Shown here in pieces: positions 20,581-33,162 of a stretch of DNA of 64,000 bases (positions are counted from its first letter, which is position 1; each line of letters starts with the position of its first letter). The position numbers and the translations under genes are program-made. The notes beneath the pieces were generated by a model. It did no database searches. It saw only the letters and a program-made list of their open reading frames with translations, and was not told the DNA's origin. The stretch covers positions 1 to 64,000 of the forward strand of contig JABLTJ010000011.1 in the NCBI GenBank assembly GCA_013166775.1, read 5' to 3'. This DNA is from Promethearchaeati archaeon (lineage in GTDB: Archaea; Asgardarchaeota; Heimdallarchaeia; Heimdallarchaeales; Heimdallarchaeaceae).

Positions 20581-21579
20581 TTATAAAGATGATTTGAGAA
20601 CACCTTCAGTTATGAATTCTTGGAACAATTCATTTATCTTATCAACAACATCAGATTTAAGTGGCTCAAGTTCCAAAGTTCCAGCGTTTTCTTTTATTTG
20701 TTTAACATTCTTAGCTCCAGGAATAGGAATGATTGTTTTACTCTGAGCTAAGATCCAACTTAATTGCCCTTGAATCAATGATCTACCATCTTCTGTAAGA
20801 ATTTCCTTAAGATCTTGAAGTTTAGATAAAATCTTCCTCCTCCTCTCATCGCTAAAATCAAGTCTAGACAACATATGATCATCTTGTATTTTAGTATCAG
20901 GTCCATATTTACCTGTTAAAGTACCAGAAGCAAATGGACTTCTTATCAATCCAGAGAGATTCTCCTCTTCGCAGAATTTAATCATCAATCTATTGTGATG
21001 AGTGAGGTTGAGTGCATACTGTATTGCAACACAATTATTACTTTCTGCAAAAAACTTTGCTCGTTCAACATCGTCTGTAGACCATCCAAAACTACCTATT
21101 AATCCTTCTTGGACTAAATCATCCAAAGTATTGCGAACTTTAATAGATTCTTCAATTGGATAATCACTTGAATGGAATTGATAAATATCAATAAAATCTG
21201 TTTGTAATCTTCTGAAACTATCTCGTATTGCTCTTCTGATATATTCTGTGCTTGTTCCTTTTCCTGCGAGGGATATGGGATTACCTTCTTCGAATCTACT
21301 TGCAAATTTTGTTGCAATCACGATATCATCCCTATAATCTTTTAATGCTTTACCAAGAACTTTTTCGCTTCTTCCAACACCATAGATATCTGCAGTATCA
21401 AAAACATTTACACCCATATCTATCGCTTTGTGAATTGCTTTAATCGATTCTTCATCATCAACTTGACCATAAGCAAGCACTCCTCCTGTTGATCTATAAA
21501 ATGGGCCACCTATGGCAAAACAGCCCATTCCTATTGCACTAACTTCTTTATTTATTCTGCCAATCTTTCGTTTCTTCAT
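20581..21579 (-). CDS. Aldo/keto reductase
   Basis: FDTADIYG, IATKF, LQTDFIDIYQFH, IPIPGAK. Confidence 0.93.
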   Translation of the reverse strand: MKKRKIGRINKEVSAIGMGCFAIGGPFYRSTGGVLAYGQVDDEESIKAIHKAIDMGVNVFDTADIYGVGRSEKVLGKALKDYRDDIVIATKFASRFEEGNPISLAGKGTSTEYIRRAIRDSFRRLQTDFIDIYQFHSSDYPIEESIKVRNTLDDLVQEGLIGSFGWSTDDVERAKFFAESNNCVAIQYALNLTHHNRLMIKFCEEENLSGLIRSPFASGTLTGKYGPDTKIQDDHMLSRLDFSDERRRKILSKLQDLKEILTEDGRSLIQGQLSWILAQSKTIIPIPGAKNVKQIKENAGTLELEPLKSDVVDKINELFQEFITEGVLKSSL

Positions 21580-21635
21580 ATTCTCACATACTTTTAGCCA
21601 CCAATCAAAATCGTCTTTAACCGTTCAGATTACAA

Positions 21636-21654
21636 TTGAATGGTGACCATTCAA
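21636..21654. promoter_or_regulatory. Palindromic operator candidate
   Basis: TTGAATGGT-G-ACCATTCAA, a perfect 9-bp inverted repeat between the divergent AKR and wHTH genes. Confidence 0.7.
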
Positions 21655-21670
21655 CTAACGGTTGATTCGT

Positions 21671-21686
21671 CGAAATACTTATAAAA
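21671..21686 (+). promoter_or_regulatory. BRE + TATA box of the wHTH regulator
   Basis: CGAAA then TTATAAAA, about 45 bp upstream of ATG 21729. Confidence 0.6.
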
Positions 21687-21728
21687 GTTTCGTCTTGTTA
21701 AGAAGTGAAGAAAAAGAAAAGTGATAGA

Positions 21729-22424
21729 ATGGCTAAGCAAAACAATGGCAAGAAAGAAGAAGAAAGAGAAATATTATACAGTTTTTGGAAAGATTTACCA
21801 CTTCTAAGTGTAATTGAGGTCACTGAAAAGGAATTGTTTTCTCACGAGGTGCGATATATGATCTTAGCGATTCTTAGAAAGGGGATTGGGGAAAAATCAA
21901 AGAAAGAGGAGGAAATCAGGAAAAGACACGCTCTTACAGCTAGAGAAATTTTGGAGTTGGTAAATAATGACCTTGAACCAAAAATGAAACTTCAAGCAAT
22001 GTATTTTCATCTTCAAAAGCTTCAAAATGCTGGTATCATCAAAGTTGTAGCAACTTTACATGAGGGAAGACACAATATAGCCTATTTTGGCAGAGTGGCA
22101 AAGAATTTCTTTTTTGAGGATAGAAAGAAGGAACAAGAAAAATATGAAAATATGCTTCGTGAAACTGGTAAATTAGCTCAAAAGCTCAATCCTAAAGTAT
22201 CTATTGATATTTTTGATAGATATATTGAAAAAATTATTGAACTTCATCAGGAGAGGTATAAAAGAGTAAATGAATGGTTAAACACTTACGAGAAGGAGAT
22301 AAATATAGAAGAAATCGATTTAACTCAAGTTCTCAGTTTTCTATCTAGATTAACGTATGCAGACTCAGGGTTAACAGAGTTGTATCGAGAAATTGCTAAA
22401 CTAGTGGAGTTTGAAATAAGATAG
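21729..22424 (+). CDS. ArsR-like winged-helix transcription regulator
   Basis: HEVRYMILAIL, ALTAREI, MYFHLQKLQNAGII, YFGRVAK. Confidence 0.82.
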   Translation: MAKQNNGKKEEEREILYSFWKDLPLLSVIEVTEKELFSHEVRYMILAILRKGIGEKSKKEEEIRKRHALTAREILELVNNDLEPKMKLQAMYFHLQKLQNAGIIKVVATLHEGRHNIAYFGRVAKNFFFEDRKKEQEKYENMLRETGKLAQKLNPKVSIDIFDRYIEKIIELHQERYKRVNEWLNTYEKEINIEEIDLTQVLSFLSRLTYADSGLTELYREIAKLVEFEIR

Positions 22425-22431
22425 AAAGTAT

Positions 22432-24063
22432 TCATTCCCATGGGAATATATTATCTCTATTAAACAATCCCTGTGGATCTAATTCTTTCTTCGCAGAACG
22501 CATCTGCTCAACACCTTGTTCCCCATACATAATTTGGAGATATTCATGTTTTATTTTACCTATGCCATGTTCAGCTGAAACAGAACCTTCAAATTCTATA
22601 ACTTTTGAAGCAAATTTCTTGTATATCTTCTTTCCTTGATCTAGTTCATCCATATTCCTTGGAAGAATGTTTACATGAACATGATTATCGCCAATATGTC
22701 CCCAAATTACATATTCCAATCCAACTTCTTCTAATGTTTCATGATAAATATTCATCATTTCTTTTAGATGTTCATCAGCTACTGACATGTCAGTACCTAG
22801 TTTGTGCAATTTGGGATACTCATGTTTTCGTCTCCCTATAATACTATTAACAATCTCAGGAACAGCGTGTCTCATAAGTCTGAAATTCTCTTTCTCTACT
22901 TCATCAAATCCAGACCAACAGTAATCAATGGATGAATTACACTCTACAGCCATACCTTCTAATCTCAGAATAATATCCTCAAGCAAATCATCGGAATAAG
23001 GAACCTCGAAGAAGATTGCTATATTCATATCTTCTGGAATAGTGGATAGATTAGCTAAGGCAGGATTTGTATCTTGTTTACTCTTCAATAATTCGAATGA
23101 GTGTTCATCAAAGAATTCTATATATTCTACCCCAAGCTCCTCATCATCACGTAGTAGTGTAACAAAATTAATCGCATCTTTTTCAGAAGGGAAGAACATA
23201 ACATTTGGAAGTCCTAATGGTCGTTTTGTTATCCATAAATCTACCTCTGAGATTATGCCAAAGATTCCTTCCGAACCAATAAAGAGGTCTATTAAATCCA
23301 TGTCTTTTTCTGCCCATAATCCCGCAGCATTTTTTGCTTTTGGCATTTGATATGTTGGAATTTTAACTTCCACTTCATGATTTTCTTTTTTGATAATGAA
23401 AACATTATCAATCTCTTTAACTTGGCCCCGAGTTATATCCAACACCTCTCCAGTGTCTAATATTACTCTAAGTCTTCTCACCCAGGGTCGCATTGCACCA
23501 TATTTGAACGATCGTGCTCCAGAAGCATTTGCAGCAATAGATCCCCCTACCATAGCTGTCATTTCTGTAGGATCTACAGGAAACATGTAGGTAATTTGAT
23601 CCTGTTTAAATTTAGTTACATAATCTGCTGTTTGAGAGAGATTATTTTCACTTGTAAATTCTTTGTTCTTGATTATCTCATCCAAAGAATCTAGTGTTAT
23701 TCCTGGATCCATCCTCACAAAGTATTGCTTCTTATCTTCATCATAACCAAGACCTATCATTCTGTTCATGTGGTCAAAAGAAACTACACCCCCACCAAAT
23801 GGAACAGCACTCCCTACTATTCCTGTTCTACCTCCTGAGATAGTTATAGGAGTTTTCTCTTCTCTCATCTTGTTTACGATAGTAATAATATCCTCTTCGT
23901 TTTGTGGGAAGAATAACCATTGAGCTGATCCACCAGCTAGTTTTGATTCATCAATGATATAATCAGAGTGTTTGGAAGAAACATTGTTTTCTCCGTTTAT
24001 ACTCATTATACCCTCAAATTTTGAGCCTTCAGTTTTTTGTGCTTTTATTATATTTGATGCCAT
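22432..24063 (-). CDS. FAD-binding oxidoreductase (D-lactate dehydrogenase/GlcD family)
   Basis: SGGRTG, GGSIAANASG, LFIGSEG, GHIGDNHVHVNI, SAEHGIG. Confidence 0.92.
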   Translation of the reverse strand: MASNIIKAQKTEGSKFEGIMSINGENNVSSKHSDYIIDESKLAGGSAQWLFFPQNEEDIITIVNKMREEKTPITISGGRTGIVGSAVPFGGGVVSFDHMNRMIGLGYDEDKKQYFVRMDPGITLDSLDEIIKNKEFTSENNLSQTADYVTKFKQDQITYMFPVDPTEMTAMVGGSIAANASGARSFKYGAMRPWVRRLRVILDTGEVLDITRGQVKEIDNVFIIKKENHEVEVKIPTYQMPKAKNAAGLWAEKDMDLIDLFIGSEGIFGIISEVDLWITKRPLGLPNVMFFPSEKDAINFVTLLRDDEELGVEYIEFFDEHSFELLKSKQDTNPALANLSTIPEDMNIAIFFEVPYSDDLLEDIILRLEGMAVECNSSIDYCWSGFDEVEKENFRLMRHAVPEIVNSIIGRRKHEYPKLHKLGTDMSVADEHLKEMMNIYHETLEEVGLEYVIWGHIGDNHVHVNILPRNMDELDQGKKIYKKFASKVIEFEGSVSAEHGIGKIKHEYLQIMYGEQGVEQMRSAKKELDPQGLFNRDNIFPWE

Positions 24064-24153
24064 CTAAATCACTATTCTAAAAACGATCAACCACTTGAAC
24101 AAGCGTAGAAAAAGCATAAAAAGCTTCAGATGTATCAATATAACTGATAGAAA

Positions 24154-25260
24154 TTGACAATCAAAAATCTTTCAAGAAAAGAAGCTCTAGATCTCGTTAT
24201 TGGAGCGAAGATATTAGCTTGTGGTGGGGGAGGAAGTGATGCTATAGCGATTGATAAAATTAACGAAATCTATGACAAAGAAGAATTTTTCACTATCGCA
24301 GACCTCTCTGACTTCCAAGAAGAGGGCACTATTTGTATAATAGGGATGGTTGGTGGAGGGATAACAAAAGAAGACATGCAATTAGTCGAAGGCTTGAAAA
24401 TTGTTGAACAAGAACCTATGATTAAAGCTGTGGAAACGCTTGAGAATTTTCTGGATAGCAATTTTCAAGGTTTTGTTGCCACAGAACTAGGACCATATAA
24501 CAGTATTGTACCGCTAATAGTAGCTTCTCAAATGGGAAAAATTGCAGTCGATGGAGATTGTTGTGGAAGAAGTAAGCCAAAGATTTCTATTAGTACAACT
24601 GCGGTAATGGACATATCCATTTCACCGTTTTCGATTGTTAACTCATTTGGGGATATCCAAATTGTTGAATCTGCAGTTGACGATATCAGGGGAGAAGTTA
24701 TAGCGAGAACTGCGGCTAGATTATCTGGGGGGAGCGTGAGTGTTGCTAGATGTCCTATGACTATAAGTCAAGCAAACACTGCAGTAATTCCGAAGACTTT
24801 TTCCAAAGCTATAGAGCTTGGAAGAAAAGTGAGAGAAGCTACTAAAATTAGAATAAATCCAATTCGAGTCATTCTTGATGTGATTCCTGAATCAAAGGTG
24901 ATATTCAGAGGAAGGGTTACTAAATTCTCTAGAAAGGAAGAAGGAGGATTCACTTCAGGAGAGATTTTACTAGAATCTGAAGAAAGAACAACTGACATAC
25001 TCAAAATATATTATCAGAATGAATATTTGTTAACTTGGTTGAATAATAAACAACACATTTCATGCCCTGATAGTATAATAGTAGTGGATACACAAACTGG
25101 GTATGGTTTAACTCCATGGGAAAATGATTTCACAGAAGGTAGAATGGTGACTGTTTTAGCTCAAGAAGCAACAGAGATATGGAAAACTGAAAGAGGTTTA
25201 GATGTATTTGGTCCTCAAAATTTCGATAAAACTTGGTCAAAATATGAGAAAAAACTATAA
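24154..25260 (+). CDS. DUF917 family protein
   Basis: GAKILACGGGG, E.G..N, VDGDCCGRSKP, QNEYL, PD.I motifs. Confidence 0.85.
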   Translation: MTIKNLSRKEALDLVIGAKILACGGGGSDAIAIDKINEIYDKEEFFTIADLSDFQEEGTICIIGMVGGGITKEDMQLVEGLKIVEQEPMIKAVETLENFLDSNFQGFVATELGPYNSIVPLIVASQMGKIAVDGDCCGRSKPKISISTTAVMDISISPFSIVNSFGDIQIVESAVDDIRGEVIARTAARLSGGSVSVARCPMTISQANTAVIPKTFSKAIELGRKVREATKIRINPIRVILDVIPESKVIFRGRVTKFSRKEEGGFTSGEILLESEERTTDILKIYYQNEYLLTWLNNKQHISCPDSIIVVDTQTGYGLTPWENDFTEGRMVTVLAQEATEIWKTERGLDVFGPQNFDKTWSKYEKKL

Positions 25261-25328
25261 AATGGTCAAATTAGCAGATTCAAGGGATATTTTTAAAAGA
25301 ATTAATGTACAACGATATTCTGACTAAT

Positions 25329-25724
25329 ATGAAAGAGAAGAAATGGGTAAAATGTGAAAACGATAAAATTGTGGCAGGAGTTTGTGCAGGACTCGCTAGA
25401 CACCTTGGTAGTGATATAAATCTAACACGTGTCGCAGTTTTTTTTGCTATGTTAGCTTCAGGAGGAATTATTTTCTGGGCATATATCGCTGCAATAATAA
25501 TCTTACCTAAAGGAGATTGTGCAGAAATTGAAGTAACTAAAACATGGGTTAGATGCACTAATGAAAAAATCATTGGCGGAGTGAGTTCAGGATTTGCTAA
25601 ATTTATTGGCGCAGATGTAGGATTAATTAGAATCATCTTTTTCATTGGTATCTTCTTAACTGGAGGAGCTTTGTTCTGGACATATATTGCTGCTTTAATC
25701 ATGCTTCCAGAAGGAGAATGCTAG
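25329..25724 (+). CDS. Tandem double PspC-domain membrane protein
   Basis: Two copies of K(I/V).GV..G.A...G.D..L.R......YIAA.I.LP. Confidence 0.88.
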   Translation: MKEKKWVKCENDKIVAGVCAGLARHLGSDINLTRVAVFFAMLASGGIIFWAYIAAIIILPKGDCAEIEVTKTWVRCTNEKIIGGVSSGFAKFIGADVGLIRIIFFIGIFLTGGALFWTYIAALIMLPEGEC

Positions 25725-25739
25725 AAAAATAATGTAAAT

Positions 25740-26264
25740 CTAAATTAAAAACTCCTTGATTTCATCTATAGGTAGATTATCTGAAATAGTCTTGCCATAA
25801 TAAGCTTTTTTCACTTTGATGTTATCTATCAAGAAATCAGCAGGTAAAAGATTCTTTTTTCCCTCCATCTTTCCAATCATGAAACCTTTCCAAAGAGCTC
25901 TCAACATCGTTATGGAAATGCCACCCCTAAGATAACCTATCCAAGAATGTTCTACTCCATACAACTTGTAGATTTTTCTTTCAGGATCAGAGATTATAGG
26001 AAAAGGAGCATTTTGTATTCCCACATATTTTTCAATACTTTCTTTGGGAGATTGAAAGAAAGCAATAAAACAGAGCCCTTTAGATTTTAACTCATCATAT
26101 ATTTGAATAAGTTGCGAAACTCTAAGATTACATAATGGGCAAGAAGCATATCTATAAAATGATAGTAATAATTTTTTGTCTTTGAAATCAGCTAATGAGA
26201 GCTGTTTGCCTGATATATCCTCTAATGAGAAATCTTTTGCTACATCACCAGCTTTGAGTCTCAT
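25740..26264 (-). CDS. Peroxiredoxin-like AhpC/TSA family protein
   Basis: GDVAKDFSL, FYRYASCPLC, SDPERKIYKLYG; AGGAGG SD. Confidence 0.9.
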   Translation of the reverse strand: MRLKAGDVAKDFSLEDISGKQLSLADFKDKKLLLSFYRYASCPLCNLRVSQLIQIYDELKSKGLCFIAFFQSPKESIEKYVGIQNAPFPIISDPERKIYKLYGVEHSWIGYLRGGISITMLRALWKGFMIGKMEGKKNLLPADFLIDNIKVKKAYYGKTISDNLPIDEIKEFLI

Positions 26265-26331
26265 AAGATTGTTCCTCCTGAACATATGTTCTGTTATTTG
26301 TATATAATTAATAAGATTCAACAAAATAGGT

Positions 26332-29463
<3,132 letters not shown>

Positions 29464-29609
29464 TCATTTCTATATTGAAACATTTTATTATAATATAATT
29501 TTCATATAAAACAATTTAAAAAAAGGTTTGCTTCAAAAAAGACCAAACTATTAAATAGAAGCTGTAAAGATTCCAGAGTAGAAACTTAAGAAAATAAATG
29601 GTGGTTCTT

Positions 29610-30413
29610 ATGAGTAGAATCGGCAATTATGAAGTGAAAAAATTCCCAAAAAGTCGAAAAATGGTTTTTGATTTAGTTGAACAAAGTGCAAAGAAACATC
29701 ATGTGAAAGCTGTTTTCGAAGTAGATGTAACCACTGCTAGAGAGTTCTTTAGAAAGCATAAAGAAAAAACTGGAGAAAAGCTATCTTTCACAGGTTGGGT
29801 AATTAGATGTATAGGTGGAGCAGCAAAGGAATATCCAGAAATAAATTCAATAAGAAAAGGAAGAAGAAAATATTATGTTTTTGAGGATATTGACATTGGT
29901 ATTGTAGTTGAAAGAAATATTGGAGGAAAACGTGTTCCTACAAAATATTTCATGAGAAAGGTGAATAAGAAGAGTTTTCGAGAGATACATGATGAAATAA
30001 GAAGAGTTCAAAGTCAGAAATTGGAAGGACCTGTTCTAGGAGAAGTGAAAGAAGATAAGACAGCACATCTAGTTGTAAAACTTCCCAAATTCATAAGAAA
30101 TATAATCTGGTGGCAAGTTAATAGAAATCCCCTTATGAGAAAGAAGCATTTAGGTGCAATTACAGTATCAGCAATTGGAATGTTTGCTGAACAAGGAGGT
30201 TGGGGCATAAGTATGTCTTCTGAAACAACTCATTTTATGATAGGTGGAATAGGAAAAAAACCTGGAGTGGTCGATGATAAAATTGAGATTCGTGAATATC
30301 TATCATTAACTGTTATGATAGATCATTTCGTTGTTGATGGTGGTCCTTTTGCAAGATTCGTACAACAACTTATCAATCTGTTGCAAAGTGGATTTGGCTT
30401 GGATGAGGTATAA
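29610..30413 (+). CDS. Stand-alone 2-oxoacid dehydrogenase E2-type acyltransferase catalytic domain
   Basis: FEVDVT, KLSFTG, IGGIGKKP, DHFVVDG (HxxxDG); no lipoyl domain. Confidence 0.88.
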   Translation: MSRIGNYEVKKFPKSRKMVFDLVEQSAKKHHVKAVFEVDVTTAREFFRKHKEKTGEKLSFTGWVIRCIGGAAKEYPEINSIRKGRRKYYVFEDIDIGIVVERNIGGKRVPTKYFMRKVNKKSFREIHDEIRRVQSQKLEGPVLGEVKEDKTAHLVVKLPKFIRNIIWWQVNRNPLMRKKHLGAITVSAIGMFAEQGGWGISMSSETTHFMIGGIGKKPGVVDDKIEIREYLSLTVMIDHFVVDGGPFARFVQQLINLLQSGFGLDEV

Positions 30414-30446
30414 TCCATTAATAAAATAATAAAAGAAAAAAAGTGT

Positions 30447-31427
30447 TTAGTGTCTGGTCGCCAAGATGCTACCTGTTGTTATGTCAAGATCAAAATGAAT
30501 TAGACCCATTCCAGCTTGGTTAACAGTATTTGAAGGTACATTTACGCTGCCTGTTGTTACGGACGTGGAGAAAGTAGTTCCAATATTTTCGTTGAAAGTA
30601 AGATCAATAGTTATATCTCCAGTAGTTCCTTGAATGTTGAAATAATGACTAGTCAGTATAGAATCCTGTGTCCAATCAAGATTAAAATTACCAGTTGTTA
30701 TATCAACACTCACATCAATATCTGAGGTAAAATTAACATTAACCATATCTATGTAAACTGAACCAGTCGTACAAATCAGACTGAATGTATCAACATCTAA
30801 AGTACAATCTTCATTAATATCTACAGAAATAGAACCTGTTGTAGCTTCAAAGAATAAATCTCCTGTTACTAGAGTTTCGCTAGGTAGGGATAATCCTATA
30901 TTTCCAGTAGTTGCTACCATAGAAACAATATCAATTTCTTGATCAGGTTGTTCTAAAATAACTTCAGCTGATCCTGTAGTTACTTCCATATCAATAATGA
31001 GTTTTGCTCTATAATCTACTCTTATTTCTACTTCATGAGAGAACCGGTAGGTTAACCGAATTGGATCTTCTTTGATGAAATTGATGGTATAGTTTCCATC
31101 ACCATCATCTGTTATCGTCAGGTAATCTGCTTTATCTGGATAATCATCTACTTTACTTTTTGGACCAGAAACAGTATTATCAATTTCTATAATATTATCT
31201 TCAGTCATTAAGTCTGCAATGACTGTTATAGAAGCAGTTTCTGCCTCACAATCAATTAAAATATTGTATTCTGAAATTCCTAGAGGTAATGGCTCTGAAT
31301 CACTTAAAACACCATATTCAATATATCTAAAACTAGTATTTTTTACAGCAAAGTAAGTTCCAGCACTAATTCCTGCTATTATAACCATACTCCCTACAAT
31401 AATTCCGAATAAGTTACTATTCTTCAT
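30447..31427 (-). CDS. Membrane-anchored beta-strand repeat protein (DUF4097/adhesin-like)
   Basis: N-terminal TM segment; acidic; repeated TTG(S/N/D) units. Confidence 0.75.
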   Translation of the reverse strand: MKNSNLFGIIVGSMVIIAGISAGTYFAVKNTSFRYIEYGVLSDSEPLPLGISEYNILIDCEAETASITVIADLMTEDNIIEIDNTVSGPKSKVDDYPDKADYLTITDDGDGNYTINFIKEDPIRLTYRFSHEVEIRVDYRAKLIIDMEVTTGSAEVILEQPDQEIDIVSMVATTGNIGLSLPSETLVTGDLFFEATTGSISVDINEDCTLDVDTFSLICTTGSVYIDMVNVNFTSDIDVSVDITTGNFNLDWTQDSILTSHYFNIQGTTGDITIDLTFNENIGTTFSTSVTTGSVNVPSNTVNQAGMGLIHFDLDITTGSILATRH

Positions 31428-31661
31428 AAATAACCATGGTTTACCTTTCTATAAAAAGGGGAACAAACGACAAATAATTTCCAATTAAAGACATTAATCC
31501 TTAATTTCTTCTTTTTCATTTTAGAGGATTTTTAGAAAAGATTCATAACTGTTATACCTGAGACAATGCAGCTAATATCTCCAATTTGAATGGGTATAAT
31601 GGTTTTGTTAAATTGAAAATATGATAGGTTTTATAAAATAGTAGTTTAAGTCAGATTACCG

Positions 31662-32378
31662 ATGAAGACTTTTCATAACGTAGACACGCTACTTTTCGAT
31701 ATGGATGGAACCCTAACTGATCTTGGAAAAAGATGGTGGGATCCGTTTTTCAGAGCTTATGATAAAATAAGACCTGAAGAAAATCAGATTAAAAAGAAAG
31801 AAATATTTGAAAAGACACTAATTAGCATTATGGAAACTTCAATGGGTAGTCCAAGAATGCTTAAATTGAAAACGTTTTGGAGAGCATCGCGAGATTTAGA
31901 ATTATCTTTATTTGATACATTTAGAGCTATCAAGTTCTTAAGAACAGATCCTTTGGCTTTCAAAGACATTCAGCCACTTGATGGTGTGGAAGAAGTTTTG
32001 AAAACACTTCAATTTCGAGGGTACAAGATGGCTCTAGTAACTAGTGCAGGAGACGATACTGTAGAAAAAGCAAAATTGAAACTAAAAATGTTAAATTCGT
32101 TTGATCTTATTATTACAAGAAACTCTGTTAAAAGAATAAAACCTTACCCTGATGCAATTCTGTTAGCAAGTAAAGAATTGGGTAAGAATCCAAGTTCTTG
32201 TGTCATGATAGGTGACTTCCCTCAAGATGTCCAAGCAGGGAAAAATGCTGGAGCAAAAACAATCGCAATTCTGGGTCTTAACGCTAAATACACTAGAGAG
32301 AGATTGATAGAAAAAAATCCAGATGCCTTATTATCATCAATCCAGGAATTACCAGAGTTGTTTCCAAATTTAGTTTAG
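31662..32378 (+). CDS. HAD-superfamily hydrolase (phosphoglycolate phosphatase-like)
   Basis: FDMDGTL, LVTS, KPYPD, MIGD. Confidence 0.92.
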   Translation: MKTFHNVDTLLFDMDGTLTDLGKRWWDPFFRAYDKIRPEENQIKKKEIFEKTLISIMETSMGSPRMLKLKTFWRASRDLELSLFDTFRAIKFLRTDPLAFKDIQPLDGVEEVLKTLQFRGYKMALVTSAGDDTVEKAKLKLKMLNSFDLIITRNSVKRIKPYPDAILLASKELGKNPSSCVMIGDFPQDVQAGKNAGAKTIAILGLNAKYTRERLIEKNPDALLSSIQELPELFPNLV

Positions 32379-32414
32379 TAGGATTTTTAAGTAAGTTAAG
32401 TTTCCTTACCTTCC

Positions 32415-33122
32415 ATGGAGTCCTTGAAGAAGGTAGACACATTATTTTTTGACATGGATGGGACTCTTACAGATCTTTGGAAGAGATATCGAGATCCTTT
32501 CTATAGAGCACTTAATAAAATAAAACCAAATCATGATAAGAAAAGATTGCAGGAAGTTTTTGAAAAAACGTTAGCTGAATTTCTAAAAACTTTTGAAGGA
32601 AAATCAAGACTTATAAGATTGAAACTCTTCAGGAAATCTCGAAAAGAGATGGGAGGATCATTGATCGATTCTTTCAGAATTATGAAGATAGTTCTTTCAG
32701 ATCCAATGGCATTCAGGAACGTTGAACCTATAGAAGGTGTTAGAAGCACTTTAGAGATACTTCAAAAAAGGGGATATGGATTAGCATTAGTAACTAATGC
32801 AAGTGATAAAACAGTGGATGTAGCTAAAGAGAAACTGAAGATTTTGAAATCTTTTGATATTTTAGTCACGAGAAATACTGTTAAGCGTATAAAACCACAT
32901 CCAGATGCTCTGCTGTATGTGTGTGAACAATTAGGAAAAGATCCGAGAATGTGTGCGATGATAGGAGATTTCCCTCAAGATATTAAGGCAGGAAAAGCTG
33001 CAGGAACAAAAACAATTGCTATCTTGGGAGATAATAGAAAATACACCGAAGAAGAGATAAGATCATTAAATCCAGATTTAGTATTAGAATCATTTCAAGA
33101 ATTGCTCCAGATATTTCCCTGA
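32415..33122 (+). CDS. HAD-superfamily hydrolase (tandem paralog)
   Basis: FDMDGTL, LVTN, KPHPD, MIGD; collinear with the upstream gene. Confidence 0.92.
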   Translation: MESLKKVDTLFFDMDGTLTDLWKRYRDPFYRALNKIKPNHDKKRLQEVFEKTLAEFLKTFEGKSRLIRLKLFRKSRKEMGGSLIDSFRIMKIVLSDPMAFRNVEPIEGVRSTLEILQKRGYGLALVTNASDKTVDVAKEKLKILKSFDILVTRNTVKRIKPHPDALLYVCEQLGKDPRMCAMIGDFPQDIKAGKAAGTKTIAILGDNRKYTEEEIRSLNPDLVLESFQELLQIFP

Positions 33123-33162
33123 AATCAAAAAAAAGAGAATACAATATTTTGAAAAAAAGAAA

